Shown here: positions 1-10,535 of the stretch, in pieces | Layout of the letters: every line of letters starts with the position of its first letter | Numbering within the stretch: position 1 is the first letter of the stretch | NCBI GenBank assembly: GCA_963840455.1 | Contig: CAWIYV010000007.1 | Location: 509,022-573,021 of the forward strand | Source: Nitrospirota bacterium | Lineage (GTDB): Bacteria > Nitrospirota > UBA9217 | DNA: 64,000 nucleotides | Reading direction: 5' to 3' | Made by a program: the position numbers and the translations under genes | Notes under the pieces: generated by a model | Told to the model about the DNA's origin: nothing | Seen by the model: the letters and a program-made list of their open reading frames with translations, nothing else | Database searches by the model: none

Positions 1-804
1 TTTGTTCTTGGATGTTTTTGCAGATTCAGTTAAGTACCTGTCGATCCCTTCATGAACATCACCAACAAAATCAACGGACCCATTCTTTAATAAGATGATC
101 CTCGAACAGAGATTGGAAATGGCGGTCATATTATGACTGACGAACAGGATCGTTCTGCCTTCCTTGCTAACGTCCTCCATTTTGCCGATGCATTTTTTCT
201 GGAACTGGGCATCTCCCACAGCCAGGACCTCGTCTACGACGAGTATTTCCGGTTCAAGGTGCGCAGCCACGGCGAAGGCAAGGCGTACGTACATGCCGGA
301 TGAATAGCGCTTGACCGGTGTATCAAGAAATTTTTCTATTTCTGCAAAATCGACAATTGCATCGAATTTGTTCTTGATCTCGGCTTTTGTCATGCCGAGA
401 ATGGCACCATTGAGAAACGTATTCTCTCGTCCGGTCAGTTCCGGATGAAAACCGGTTCCTACCTCCAGTAAACTGGCTACACGACCCTTGAGTGCTACAC
501 GGCCTTCCGTGGGCTCCGTAATCCGGCTGATGACCTTTAGCAGAGTTGACTTGCCGGCACCATTTCTGCCGATGATGCCAACGCGGTCTCCCTTCCTGAT
601 CTGAAAAGAGACGTCCTTCAGCGCCCAGAATTCCTCTCTCGTTGCATCGGGGATATGTGCAGATCTAAAAGGGTGCGAGATCCTTTTGCCCCACCTTTTT
701 GCCGACTCGGCAATGACATCACGCAAAGCGACATACCCTGCACTCTTCTGGTGTCTCAGGATATATTTTTTCCCGAGACTATCTACACGGATCACTGTAT
801 CCAT
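1..804 (-). CDS. wzt: O-antigen/polysaccharide ABC transporter ATP-binding subunit (runs off window)
   Basis: Manual translation from ATG 804: Walker A GRNGAGKSTLLK, EVGTGFHPELTGREN, YSSGMYVRLAF, DEVLAVGD; adjacent to wzm. Confidence 0.9.
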   Translation of the reverse strand, partial: MDTVIRVDSLGKKYILRHQKSAGYVALRDVIAESAKRWGKRISHPFRSAHIPDATREEFWALKDVSFQIRKGDRVGIIGRNGAGKSTLLKVISRITEPTEGRVALKGRVASLLEVGTGFHPELTGRENTFLNGAILGMTKAEIKNKFDAIVDFAEIEKFLDTPVKRYSSGMYVRLAFAVAAHLEPEILVVDEVLAVGDAQFQKKCIGKMEDVSKEGRTILFVSHNMTAISNLCSRIILLKNGSVDFVGDVHEGIDRYLTESAKTSKNK

Positions 805-808
805 TATC

Positions 809-1642
809 CTAAATTATGTCGGCAAACTTACGTTCTGTTCGCCGAAAATAACCGACTCCTACAATTAAAATAGCGACGTTCACCAGAAGGGAAATAACAA
901 ATCCCGGCACATAGACCTTCATGGCTTCACCGAGGATTGCCCAGCGGAAACCGTCTATGACCCCGACCATGGGGTTCAGAGAGTAAACGAGCCGCCACTT
1001 TTCAGGGACGATACTGCTGCTGAAACCCACCGGTGAAATATAAAGGCCGAACTGGACGATAAACGGTACGATGTATCGAAAATCCCTGTACTTAACGTTC
1101 AGAGCGGCAAGCAATAGTCCGAATCCCAGAGAAGCAAAGAGTGCAAGGCCCAGAAAAGGAAGTAACGCAAGAATGCGCCAGCCGGGCATGAGCTGGTACC
1201 AAATCATGAGCACAACAAGAATAATGAACGATATAAAGAAATCTACCAGACTGACAATGACCGCACTCGTCGGTACAATGAGCCGCGGGAAGTAGACCTT
1301 AGACAACATATTGGCGTTGGCAAGGAGAGAGTTGCTGCTCTCGGACAGAGAATTTGCAAAAAATTGCCACGGAAGCATCGCTGTAAAAACCATTATCGGA
1401 TAGGGAACGCCGTCCGATGGCAATTTGGCAATCTTACCAAATACAATGACGAACACGACCATGGTCAAAAGCGGTCTGACGATGCTCCAGGCTATACCTA
1501 TGACCGTTTGTTTATATCGAACGAGGATGTCTCGCCAGGAAAGAAAATAAAAAAGCTCCCGATAGCGCCATAAATCCTTCCAGTAATGAAGTTCCGTACG
1601 GCCCGACTCGATAATGAGAGTATATTCTGTTTGATCTTTCAT
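809..1642 (-). CDS. wzm: ABC-2 polysaccharide export permease
   Basis: LWRYRELFYFLSWRDILVRYKQT and LNPMVGVIDGFR motifs; multiple TM segments. Confidence 0.93.
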   Translation of the reverse strand: MKDQTEYTLIIESGRTELHYWKDLWRYRELFYFLSWRDILVRYKQTVIGIAWSIVRPLLTMVVFVIVFGKIAKLPSDGVPYPIMVFTAMLPWQFFANSLSESSNSLLANANMLSKVYFPRLIVPTSAVIVSLVDFFISFIILVVLMIWYQLMPGWRILALLPFLGLALFASLGFGLLLAALNVKYRDFRYIVPFIVQFGLYISPVGFSSSIVPEKWRLVYSLNPMVGVIDGFRWAILGEAMKVYVPGFVISLLVNVAILIVGVGYFRRTERKFADII

Positions 1643-1646
1643 ACGT

Positions 1647-2594
1647 TTAACTATGATTATCTGAAAGCTTCATAAAAGCGTTGTAGGTGAGCAGAATACC
1701 TTCTTCAAGCGTAACCCGTGCTTTCCACCCAAGGCTGTTAATTCGGGACACATCGAGCAACTTTTTGGGTGTCCCATCCGGCTTTGTCCGGTCATAGATA
1801 ACATCACCGCTGAAACCGATTATCTTTCTTACGAGCAGCGCAACATCGCGGATCATGATGTCCTTACCCGTGCCGATATTGATGAACTCGCCGATCTGTG
1901 GGTACGCGTACCGTTCCATCAGGAACAGGCATGCATCGGCCAGGTCATCGACGAACAGGAGCTCCCGGAAGGGGCTCCCGCTCCCCCAGACCGTGACGGA
2001 TGGACGGCCCGCGGCCTTCGCCTCGTGGAATTTCCGGAGCAGTGCCGGCACGACGTGCGATGTTTCGAGGTCAAAATTATCGCCCGGCCCGTAAACGTTG
2101 GTCGGCATGACAGAGATGAAGTTCGTGCCGTACTGTTCGTTGTAGTACCGGCACAATTTGATTGCCGCGATCTTTGCCACCGCATAGGGCTCGTTCGTTG
2201 GCTCGAGCGGGCCCGTCAGCAGATACTCCTCTTTCATGGGCTGGGGGGCGAACTTGGGATAGATGCACGATGAGCCGAGGTTGAGCAGTTTCTTGACGCC
2301 GGTGCGATAGGAAGCCTCGATCACGTTCGCCGCGATCATGATGTTGTTGTAGATGAACTCTGCCTTGAAGGTGCTGTTCGCGAGTATCCCGCCGACCTTT
2401 GCGGCCGCGAGGAAAACATAGTCCGGACGTTCCCGTGCAAAAAAAGCCTCAACATCGGCCTGCCGCCGAAGATCGAGCTCCTTGCTCGTCTTGAGGACGA
2501 GATTGGAATATCCTTCTTCCCGGAGGCGCTTCACCAGGGCGGAGCCGACCAGGCCCCGGTGTCCGGCCACGTAGATCTTCGACCCTTTATCCAT
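1647..2594 (-). CDS. fcl: GDP-L-fucose synthase
   Basis: [35 protein letters not shown] motifs; next to gmd. Confidence 0.96.
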   Translation of the reverse strand: MDKGSKIYVAGHRGLVGSALVKRLREEGYSNLVLKTSKELDLRRQADVEAFFARERPDYVFLAAAKVGGILANSTFKAEFIYNNIMIAANVIEASYRTGVKKLLNLGSSCIYPKFAPQPMKEEYLLTGPLEPTNEPYAVAKIAAIKLCRYYNEQYGTNFISVMPTNVYGPGDNFDLETSHVVPALLRKFHEAKAAGRPSVTVWGSGSPFRELLFVDDLADACLFLMERYAYPQIGEFINIGTGKDIMIRDVALLVRKIIGFSGDVIYDRTKPDGTPKKLLDVSRINSLGWKARVTLEEGILLTYNAFMKLSDNHS

Positions 2595-3636
2595 GCGCCC
2601 GCTTCTCGCGTTCCGCTAGCTGCAGGTCCGCGTCGACCATCATATTGATAAGCACCTCGAACGTGACCTTGGGCTCCCATCCCAGCTTCTGCTTCGCCTT
2701 CGCCGGGTCTCCGAGGAGCAGGTCCACCTCGGTGGGGCGGAAGTACTTCGGATCGATCTCGATGATGATCTTACCGGTCTTCGTGCAGATCCCCTTCTCG
2801 TGCACGCCCGTCCCCTGCCAGGCGAGCTGCATGCCCAGGCGCGCGAAGGCCTTCTCCGCGAACTCGCGGACCGAGTGTGTCTCGCCGGTGGCAATGACGT
2901 AATCTTCCGGCTCCGGCTGCTGCAGTATGAGCCACATGAGCTCGACGTAATCGCCGGCATAGCCCCAGTCGCGCTTGGCGTCCAGGTTGCCGAGGTACAG
3001 GCAGGGCTGCATCCCGAGCTTGATCCGCGCAGCGGCGCGCGTGATCTTCCTGGTCACGAAGGTCTCGCCGCGGCGCGGGGACTCGTGGTTGAACAGGATG
3101 CCGTTGCAGGCGAAGAGGTTGTAGCTTTCCCGGTAGTTCACGGTGATATAGTAGGCGTAAGCCTTGGCGCAGGCATAGGGCGACCGCGGGTAGAACGGTG
3201 TGGTCTCTCGCTGCGGAGTCTCCACGACCTTGCCGAAGAGCTCCGAAGACGAGGCCTGATAGAACTTCGTGTTCAGGGCTGTTTCGCGGATGGCTTCCAG
3301 GATGCGCACCGTGCCGAGCGCGTCCACCTCGCCGGTGTACTCGGGTACGTCGAAGGACACGCGGACGTGGCTCTGGGCGCCCAGATTGTAGATCTCATCG
3401 GGCTTCACCTCGCGCAGCACCCGGTTCAGGGAGCTCGCGTCATTCAGATCCCCGTAATGAAGCAGCAGACGTACCCCTGTCTCGTGCGGATCGCGGTAGA
3501 TATGGTCGATCCGTCCCGTATTGAAGGACGAGGACCTGCGGATGAGACCGTGGACCTCATAGCCTTTTTTCATCAGCAGCTCGGCAAGGTAAGAACCGTC
3601 CTGGCCGGTTATTCCCGTGATAAATGCGCGCTTCAT
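2587..3636 (-). CDS. gmd: GDP-mannose 4,6-dehydratase
   Basis: [31 protein letters not shown]. Confidence 0.97.
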   Translation of the reverse strand: MKRAFITGITGQDGSYLAELLMKKGYEVHGLIRRSSSFNTGRIDHIYRDPHETGVRLLLHYGDLNDASSLNRVLREVKPDEIYNLGAQSHVRVSFDVPEYTGEVDALGTVRILEAIRETALNTKFYQASSSELFGKVVETPQRETTPFYPRSPYACAKAYAYYITVNYRESYNLFACNGILFNHESPRRGETFVTRKITRAAARIKLGMQPCLYLGNLDAKRDWGYAGDYVELMWLILQQPEPEDYVIATGETHSVREFAEKAFARLGMQLAWQGTGVHEKGICTKTGKIIIEIDPKYFRPTEVDLLLGDPAKAKQKLGWEPKVTFEVLINMMVDADLQLAEREKRAHG

Positions 3637-3678
3637 CGCCGTTAGTACTCCTCTTTGTGCTGAAAAATCAATCAGTTC

Positions 3679-3707
3679 AATATAAATTATCTCGAGGCAG
3701 GTGTCAA
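3679..3707 (-). promoter_or_regulatory. sigma70-type promoter for gmd
   Basis: TTGACA-17 nt-TATATT on minus strand upstream of gmd. Confidence 0.65.
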
Positions 3708-3711
3708 GGGA

Positions 3712-4986
3712 TTATCGGCTTGTCAGTGCGGATTTTACGCTTTCTCGCACACAAATGCCCATGATGAACGCGAAGGTGTACCGGAGCAGGAAGATGTTGA
3801 ACAGGGAATCGGTAAGACCGGCGACGAGATAGTGGACGGCCACGGCCGCGGCAAGGAACCGGAACTGCTTCTGACCGGGTTGGGCTTCTCTGAGCGGCAG
3901 GGAGAGGACCAGAACCCGTGAGAAGAGAAAAAGCAACGCTGCAAGGCCGAGGAGGCCATTCGTGGCCAGTGCGAAGAGGTACATGTTGTGCGGTTGGTTG
4001 AATCCCAGGATCCGCTCGGGCACGGTCCCGGCAGCGACATATTCACGCATGGTGGCCATATAATCGCCTGTACCCACCCCCATCAGGGGGTTTGAAAGGA
4101 ACATGCTGAACGCCGCCTTCCACATGACGAACCGGTCTCCCACGTTGGAGAAGGTCTCTCCGCGCGTGTAGAGCGCAATGTCGCTGAAGATGCTGTTGAC
4201 CCTGCTCTGGACAATGGCGCTGAACTGATAGGCCAGCAGGCATCCCGCGATCATGGTGGCAAGGGCGAGCAGGAACCACCGCTTTGTCCTCGCCAGCAGA
4301 TAGCTCAGCACGATGCCGGCGGCGAACAGGCCGAACCAGGCGGTCCGGGAGAGCGAAAAGAGGATGGAAAAGACCGCGAAGCCCAGGAAGACCGCGAGGA
4401 AGATCCGCAGAGCGCGGTTGCTCTTCACCATCCCGGAGAACAGGAACGATAGGGCCGCGTAGAGGCCCACGGCGTTCAGATTGGAGAACCAGATGTGATG
4501 GACATTCATCGGATACACCGGCAGCGTGAATTTCCTCTGGCCGATGATGCCGAGATAGGTAAGCGCCGCGATGCCGTCGAGGAGTAGCACCCCGGCGATG
4601 AACACCAGCAGGGCGGTCTCTGCAGTCCGGGAATCGCTGGGACCGCTGTCAGCAGCGTCGACCAGGACCGCGATCACCAGATAGGCAAGCGGCAGGGTAG
4701 CGAGCTTGTTCACGATACCAAGGCCGTCGGAGAGATGTTCCGTCAGGAAAAGGCCTGCGATCGCAACGCCGACGGGAAGAAGGACCGGAACAAGGAGCGG
4801 CTGGTCCAGGAAGTGTTTCAGCTCGGCACGGTATGCTCCTTTCGCGATAGCCAGCGAGAAGAGGTACAGCGCGGCAATGCCGACCAGGACCGTTACCGCG
4901 CTCTTGGAGAGCGGAAGGAAGAGCGCGAAGAGCAGCAGGATAACGGTCATCGGCTTTCGCTGGTCCAGGATGAGCGGTGCGATCAT
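3712..4986 (-). CDS. waaL: O-antigen ligase family (WaaL/Wzy_C) membrane protein
   Basis: Multi-TM; SLSRTAW, R-x3-W, P-x2-GVG-x-G, PHNMYL-x6-G motifs. Confidence 0.85.
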   Translation of the reverse strand: MIAPLILDQRKPMTVILLLFALFLPLSKSAVTVLVGIAALYLFSLAIAKGAYRAELKHFLDQPLLVPVLLPVGVAIAGLFLTEHLSDGLGIVNKLATLPLAYLVIAVLVDAADSGPSDSRTAETALLVFIAGVLLLDGIAALTYLGIIGQRKFTLPVYPMNVHHIWFSNLNAVGLYAALSFLFSGMVKSNRALRIFLAVFLGFAVFSILFSLSRTAWFGLFAAGIVLSYLLARTKRWFLLALATMIAGCLLAYQFSAIVQSRVNSIFSDIALYTRGETFSNVGDRFVMWKAAFSMFLSNPLMGVGTGDYMATMREYVAAGTVPERILGFNQPHNMYLFALATNGLLGLAALLFLFSRVLVLSLPLREAQPGQKQFRFLAAAVAVHYLVAGLTDSLFNIFLLRYTFAFIMGICVRESVKSALTSR

Positions 4987-6083
4987 CGGCCCCTCCCGGT
5001 GAGCAATGACCGGAAATACCGTTCATAGTCGTCGACCATGCGCTGGCGGTTGAACCGTTCGAGGATCCATCGGGACGCGGCACCGGACAGGGACCGGTCC
5101 TTTCCGGCATTCTCCATAAACCTGATGACCACATCTGCCATCTCCCGGGGCCCGCCGTCCACCGCGAAGCCCGCAGGGCTTCCCTCGACTGCGTCCCGGA
5201 TGCCGCCGGCATTGTAGACGACCATTGGCAGGCCCGTGGCCATGGCCTCGAGCGCCCAGATCCCAAAGCCCTCATTCCGGTGCGTACTGACAGCTACATC
5301 GATGTCGCCATAGAACGCCAGCATGTCGTCCTTGGAGAGGCGTCCTGTCCACAGCACTGCATCGGTCAGGCCGAGCGCTGCGGCGCGCGCCTTGAACGCC
5401 CTGACCGGGGAGGAACCGGTGTCTTCGGCCACGAGAACGAAGCGCGTCCCCGGCAGCGCGCGCCGGACCTCGACGAGGGCGTCAAGGAACTCTATCTGGT
5501 TCTTCCAAAGGTCGCCCACCGTGCCGATGATTCTGACATCCTGCGGCAGGCCGAAGCGGGTATGCAGCCATCCAGTTTTGGACCGAAAGGGCTTGAACGT
5601 ATCCAGGTCAATGCCGTAATAGATGACCGAGGTCCGGGGGGCGAGGGCCGGATCGAAGGTCGTGAGGCGGTCGCGGATATACCGGGAGATGGTTACGAGG
5701 GCGTGCATGCGCCGCAGGAGGAACCGTGACCGGATGAATTCAGGAACCTGCGGCGTATACAGGAGGACCGGTCTAGTGCCGGAGAGGCGGGCGCCCAGCC
5801 AGGACTGGATGATGTCATGCCCGCGCTGGATATCGATGATCTCATATCCACCCTTCCTGATTATTCCGGCGGTCTTAAAAATCGCACCTGCAGCATCGAT
5901 CCCCGAACGACTGACAGGATGAAGAATGATGTCGCTGTCCTTGAAAATTTCAATGAGCGGCGTATCGGGTCGGCAGATCAGCCCGACCGTCATGCCTTTG
6001 GCAGCCAGTCCCGGCAGGAGTTCGCGCAGGAACTCTTCTCCCCCGCCCCTCTTGCGGAAATTGTTGACAAATAGGATCTTCAT
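4983..6083 (-). CDS. GT4 family glycosyltransferase
   Basis: GGGE N-terminal motif; EGFGIWALEAMATG. Confidence 0.9.
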   Translation of the reverse strand: MKILFVNNFRKRGGGEEFLRELLPGLAAKGMTVGLICRPDTPLIEIFKDSDIILHPVSRSGIDAAGAIFKTAGIIRKGGYEIIDIQRGHDIIQSWLGARLSGTRPVLLYTPQVPEFIRSRFLLRRMHALVTISRYIRDRLTTFDPALAPRTSVIYYGIDLDTFKPFRSKTGWLHTRFGLPQDVRIIGTVGDLWKNQIEFLDALVEVRRALPGTRFVLVAEDTGSSPVRAFKARAAALGLTDAVLWTGRLSKDDMLAFYGDIDVAVSTHRNEGFGIWALEAMATGLPMVVYNAGGIRDAVEGSPAGFAVDGGPREMADVVIRFMENAGKDRSLSGAASRWILERFNRQRMVDDYERYFRSLLTGRGR

Positions 6084-6127
6084 CTGTTTCGGTGCTGAGA
6101 GACCTCTGACCTTAGGTTTTTTGCCGG

Positions 6128-6988
6128 TTACTGAAGCTTATGAATTCCATTTTTGCAATATGCTTCCTTGTTCTCGATCCTTCTTTTCTTGATCGCTGCG
6201 TTAAATTTAAATTTATCCGTTGTCATGTCCCACGTTCCGGGATGATACAGATGAAAAACAATTGCCAGGTTCCTGACCGACCTGATGAACCCGCCGTGAT
6301 TTATTACCCGTATGCCGAGATCGGCATCTTCATCACCGAATCCCAGAAAATCCTCATCGTAGCCGTTGATATCCATGAATAGTTTTTTATATAAGCTGCA
6401 ATTGCAGCCGATGACCGAGGTTTCGGGTTTTATGCGTTCCTTTTTCAGCAATATTCTCAGCAGACCATTGCGGATCACAAACGCCTCCTGGGCGTGGTGG
6501 GACCTATGAGCCAAGAAATCCATCAGTAATTCAAAATTGAGCTCATTGACAGCAGTTCCGTTCTCAAGGAATTTCTCGGTCAATTCTTTTCCTATCTGGA
6601 CGCGTTGCCCCGCAAGAATGGCGCGCGGATCGCTTCGCTCAAGGTGCGCCTGCAGGCAATGCCGGTGCACCGTGCAGTCACCGTCGGTGAAAAACAGGTA
6701 ATCGCCGGTTGACCGTCGAACCGCTTCATTTACGACCCGCTGCTTTCTGCAGCCTTCGTGCTCCTGCCTCACATGCACGATGGGAAAAACCTGCTTGAGG
6801 GATGCTTGCATCTCCGATACGGTATCAATCGTTTCCGCGGCGCTTCCGTCATCTGCGATCAGGACTTCAGAGGGAAGCACACTGGAAGCAGCAAGGCTCA
6901 TGATGCAGAGCCTGAGATGCCGCGGCCTGTTATACGTAGCTACGATGACCGACGTTTTCATAAGAAATGGGTCCTTTCTCAAAATCAT
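6128..6988 (-). CDS. GT2 family glycosyltransferase (start may be 6961)
   Basis: SVIVATYN, ADDGS, FTDGD, INGYDEDF.G.G.ED. Confidence 0.9.
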   Translation of the reverse strand: MILRKDPFLMKTSVIVATYNRPRHLRLCIMSLAASSVLPSEVLIADDGSAAETIDTVSEMQASLKQVFPIVHVRQEHEGCRKQRVVNEAVRRSTGDYLFFTDGDCTVHRHCLQAHLERSDPRAILAGQRVQIGKELTEKFLENGTAVNELNFELLMDFLAHRSHHAQEAFVIRNGLLRILLKKERIKPETSVIGCNCSLYKKLFMDINGYDEDFLGFGDEDADLGIRVINHGGFIRSVRNLAIVFHLYHPGTWDMTTDKFKFNAAIKKRRIENKEAYCKNGIHKLQ

Positions 6989-7047
6989 GTTTCATCATGC
7001 CTTTATTCTCGTGGCAATGCGCATAGAGCATCGGGCATGGAGCCTCC

Positions 7048-7821
7048 TTATGGTACTTTCTGCCCTCTGCTGTTGTGCTCCCACGCCTTTGCATATTTGG
7101 CGAACACGTAATAGGCGTGGAAAATATTCAGCACCAGTCCATGCTTGCCGTCCAGGAACCCGAGCCTGAAGATGTATTTAAAGACGAACGTAAAGAGCGG
7201 CCGCAGCAGGATATTGATCCATCCCGCCTTGAACGGAGGAATTCCTCGTTGTGACATTACCGTTACGGCAAGGGAAGAATACTTGTTGATGGATGCCATA
7301 TACAAGCCAAGGTCCGGGTAGGCGTAATGTTCGATGGCGTAGCCGGTCCTGCCGATCGTTCCCTGGACCTTGATCGATTCGTGTACCGCACGTTCTTCGA
7401 ACCGTCCCTTGCCCTTCCGGAACAGCCTCAGGTTATAGTCCGGATACCAGCCGCCGTGCTTGATCCATTTACCGAGAAAAAAGGTCTTCCTTGGGACCTG
7501 GTAGCCGTCGTTAGCGCCGGGGGATGCTATGATCTCTCGTATCTCGGCGGCAAGTTCCGGCTCCACCGGTTCGTCGGCGTCCAGGCTCAGGACCCAGTCT
7601 CCGGTCGCCTTGTCGATGGCCGCGTTCTTCTGCCTGCCGAAACCGAGCCAGTCCTGATGGTATACCTTGTCGGTGAACTCGCGGCAGATCTCCACGGTCC
7701 TGTCCGTGCTGCCTGAGTCGAGCACAATGATCTCGTCAGCCCATTGCACGCTCTCCAGCGTCCGTCTGATGTTGGCCTCTTCATTCAGCGTGATGATCGT
7801 TATGGATAATCTTGCGCTCAT
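7048..7821 (-). CDS. GT2 LPS core beta-1,4-glucosyltransferase (WaaE/KdtX-like)
   Basis: IITLNEE, LDSGSTD, LDADE, WYPD, VHE, GFLDG. Confidence 0.88.
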   Translation of the reverse strand: MSARLSITIITLNEEANIRRTLESVQWADEIIVLDSGSTDRTVEICREFTDKVYHQDWLGFGRQKNAAIDKATGDWVLSLDADEPVEPELAAEIREIIASPGANDGYQVPRKTFFLGKWIKHGGWYPDYNLRLFRKGKGRFEERAVHESIKVQGTIGRTGYAIEHYAYPDLGLYMASINKYSSLAVTVMSQRGIPPFKAGWINILLRPLFTFVFKYIFRLGFLDGKHGLVLNIFHAYYVFAKYAKAWEHNSRGQKVP

Positions 7822-7822
7822 A

Positions 7823-8887
7823 TCATGATCCCTGTCTCCGTGCAGAAACCGCTAGCAGTGACCTCTCCACCGCCTCAAGCGCCTCGGCCGTATTGATCCG
7901 GTCCATGCACTGGTGATCAACGCACTTGTGCGGTTTGCAGGGATGGCATGCGAGGTATTTCGAAACGATTGCATGACCGCTTCCCCAGGGGCCCCATTTA
8001 CGCTCGTCAGTCGGGCCGAACAGCGCCACGACCGGAACGCCCGCCGCTGCAGCCATGTGCATGGGCCCCGAGTCGACACCGAAGAAGAGATCGCAGGCGC
8101 GGTAGACCGCAATGTTCTCGCGCACCGACGTGATCCCGCAGAGATTAAGCCCGCCGAAGGGCCCCTGTTGCTCGATCTCCTCATAGAGACGGGAATCTCC
8201 TTTCGCGCCAGTATAGACGAACCGGGCCCGGTGTTTTTCCCTGAGCTCGCGCATGATCGTCGCGAACCGATCGAGAGGCCACTGCTTTGCCGCAAGGCTT
8301 GCGGCAGCATGAATGACGACCTTCAGGTCCCCCTGCTTCCAGCCGGCGCTTTCGAACAGCTCCGCAGCGCGTCGTTCCTGCTCCGGCGTTGTCCAGAGCT
8401 CAAGATCTGTTGATCCGATGGGAATATCGAGTGACCGCAGGCAGTCCAGGAAGTTCTCCACCTCGTGCTGGTCATGGCGATAGACCACCGGGTCGGTGAG
8501 CAGGAACTGCCGTCCTTCCGTGGCGAATCCGATCCTGCGCGGGACCCGGGCCGCCCAGACCAGGAGCGCGCTCGAGAGCGACCGTTTGAGCACGAACACC
8601 GCGTCGTACCGCTCCCTGCGGATCAGGGAACCGTAGTGGATGTACGCGCCAAGCCTGCCCCGGTCCGACCGGGTGCTGTATTTGTGGATGGTCTTCAGCT
8701 CGAAAGGAATGATGCGGTCAACATACGGACATCCCTCGATCACCTGACCGGAAAAAGGCTCGAGCATCAGATCGATCCGGGCATCGGGAAAAGCTGCCCG
8801 CAGATTTCTGAGGAACGGCACAGTGAGCACCGTGTCACCAATGAACCGGTAGCGCATGACCAGGATCTTCTTGGCTTCGAGCTTCAT
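7823..8887 (-). CDS. GT9 LPS heptosyltransferase (WaaF/WaaQ-like)
   Basis: IGDTVLTVP, KQWP, DSGPMHMAAA, LFGPT. Confidence 0.9.
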   Translation of the reverse strand: MKLEAKKILVMRYRFIGDTVLTVPFLRNLRAAFPDARIDLMLEPFSGQVIEGCPYVDRIIPFELKTIHKYSTRSDRGRLGAYIHYGSLIRRERYDAVFVLKRSLSSALLVWAARVPRRIGFATEGRQFLLTDPVVYRHDQHEVENFLDCLRSLDIPIGSTDLELWTTPEQERRAAELFESAGWKQGDLKVVIHAAASLAAKQWPLDRFATIMRELREKHRARFVYTGAKGDSRLYEEIEQQGPFGGLNLCGITSVRENIAVYRACDLFFGVDSGPMHMAAAAGVPVVALFGPTDERKWGPWGSGHAIVSKYLACHPCKPHKCVDHQCMDRINTAEALEAVERSLLAVSARRQGS

Positions 8888-9468
8888 GGCCGGTCCTGCC
8901 CTTTCTGCTCGATGATCCAGTCAGCAGCCTCAGCGAGGTCGTGGGCCGTGAAATCAGGGTCTTCCACGTGGGACGGCCGCCTGTTGCCTGCGTCATCGGG
9001 GGCGAACCCGCTCCTGACGAGGATGGACCGTGCGCCGGCCCGGTGTCCCAATTCAATGTCGCTCCACTTGTCGCCCACCATGAACGACTGTTTCAGATCG
9101 ATGTCCAGGTCCCGTGCAGCCCGGTCCATGAGTCCCGTGGCCGGCTTCCGGCAGTCGCACTGGATCGTGTGCTTCGAGTTGCCCGCCGTGGGATGGTGCG
9201 GGCAGTAATAGATCCCGTCGATCGTGGCGCCGTCCTTCCGGAGCGTGGCGGTCAGCAGTGCATGGGCCTCATGGACCAGGGACTCGGGGAAATAGCCCCG
9301 CGCCACGCCGGACTGGTTGGTGATGATCACCACCTTGAATCCCGCCGCGTTCAGCCGTCTGATGGCAGCAGCGGCGCCAGGAATGACCTTCAGCATGTCC
9401 AGGCTCTTCAGGTAGCCGACCTCTTCGTTGATCGTGCCGTCCCGGTCAAGAAATACCGCTCTATTCAT
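8884..9468 (-). CDS. gmhB: D-glycero-D-manno-heptose 1,7-bisphosphate phosphatase
   Basis: FLDRDGTIN, TNQSGVARG, CPHHP..CDCRKP, VGDK. Confidence 0.95.
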   Translation of the reverse strand: MNRAVFLDRDGTINEEVGYLKSLDMLKVIPGAAAAIRRLNAAGFKVVIITNQSGVARGYFPESLVHEAHALLTATLRKDGATIDGIYYCPHHPTAGNSKHTIQCDCRKPATGLMDRAARDLDIDLKQSFMVGDKWSDIELGHRAGARSILVRSGFAPDDAGNRRPSHVEDPDFTAHDLAEAADWIIEQKGQDRP

Positions 9469-9470
9469 AG

Positions 9471-10535
9471 TCAGCCTAATAGTACCTTTTCCCATGAGGC
9501 CTTTTCAAGGACCTCGAGGTCGATCCTGAGGGCCCACACGCTTTCAGGCTCCATGCCTTTGAGCCTGACGCTGTCCTTTTCGGTCGTCACCACCATCGTA
9601 GCCCTGCTGTCCGCAGCGCTCTGAAACACCCGGGCAAGTTCCGACTTCGTGTAAGGATGATGGTCCTGATACCAGGCAGTGCCTTTTACGACCGCTCCCA
9701 AGGACCCGAGGAGCGAGGCCAGGGATTCGGGCCGCGCTATCCCCGCAAAGGCGAAGACCGCGGCACCGTTCAGGGCCGTCAGCGGCCGGATCTCGCTTGA
9801 TGCAGCGTCAACGAGTTCCCGGGGAGCGTAGCGGGCGGTGAATATACGGGCGGTCGTGTGCCTCCTGATGGTCTCTTTGAGCGAGGCGACATCGCCTTCC
9901 CGCGCCTTCGTGATGACAATGACATCTGCCCGTTTAAGGGCGGAAAGCGGCTCCCGCAATATCCCGGCGGGGAACAGCATGCCCCTGCCGAAGGGGTCGC
10001 TGGCGTCGATCAGGGCTATGTTCAGGTCCCGCTCGAGGCGGATATGCTGGTACCCGTCGTCCAGGATGATGCAGCCGGGGTGAAAACGCCCGACAGCGAA
10101 GGTCCCTGCGCGAAACCGATCGCTTCCGACCACGACCGGGACACGCGCAAGCCGGTTCGCGATCAGGGACGGCTCATCTCCGCCCGCAGCCGTGTCCAGG
10201 AACAGTGAAGCGCCGTCCGATACCACGGTCGTTGCGGATTCGTCCTTCCTGCCGTAACCACGGCTTAACACCAGGGGCCGCCTGCCGTGCTGCTGCATCA
10301 GTCCGGCGATATTGATAACCGTCGGCGTCTTGCCGGTACCTCCCAGGGTGATGTTGCCGACCGAGATGACCCGGCAGGGAAGTCTTTTCGTCCGGAAGAG
10401 TCCTGCTGCATAGGCTCCTGTGCGGAGCCGTACGAGCACACCATAGACCAGGGACAGGAAAAAGAGAAGAGCCCCCAGAACATGGGAACTCTTCCTGCCG
10501 TACATGACATCTTCAATGTACTCTTTATTGAGCAA
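9471..10535 (-). CDS. lpxK: tetraacyldisaccharide 4'-kinase
   Basis: SVGNITLGGTGKTP, SRGYGR, LDDGYQH, TTEKD. Confidence 0.96.
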   Translation of the reverse strand: MLNKEYIEDVMYGRKSSHVLGALLFFLSLVYGVLVRLRTGAYAAGLFRTKRLPCRVISVGNITLGGTGKTPTVINIAGLMQQHGRRPLVLSRGYGRKDESATTVVSDGASLFLDTAAGGDEPSLIANRLARVPVVVGSDRFRAGTFAVGRFHPGCIILDDGYQHIRLERDLNIALIDASDPFGRGMLFPAGILREPLSALKRADVIVITKAREGDVASLKETIRRHTTARIFTARYAPRELVDAASSEIRPLTALNGAAVFAFAGIARPESLASLLGSLGAVVKGTAWYQDHHPYTKSELARVFQSAADSRATMVVTTEKDSVRLKGMEPESVWALRIDLEVLEKASWEKVLLG

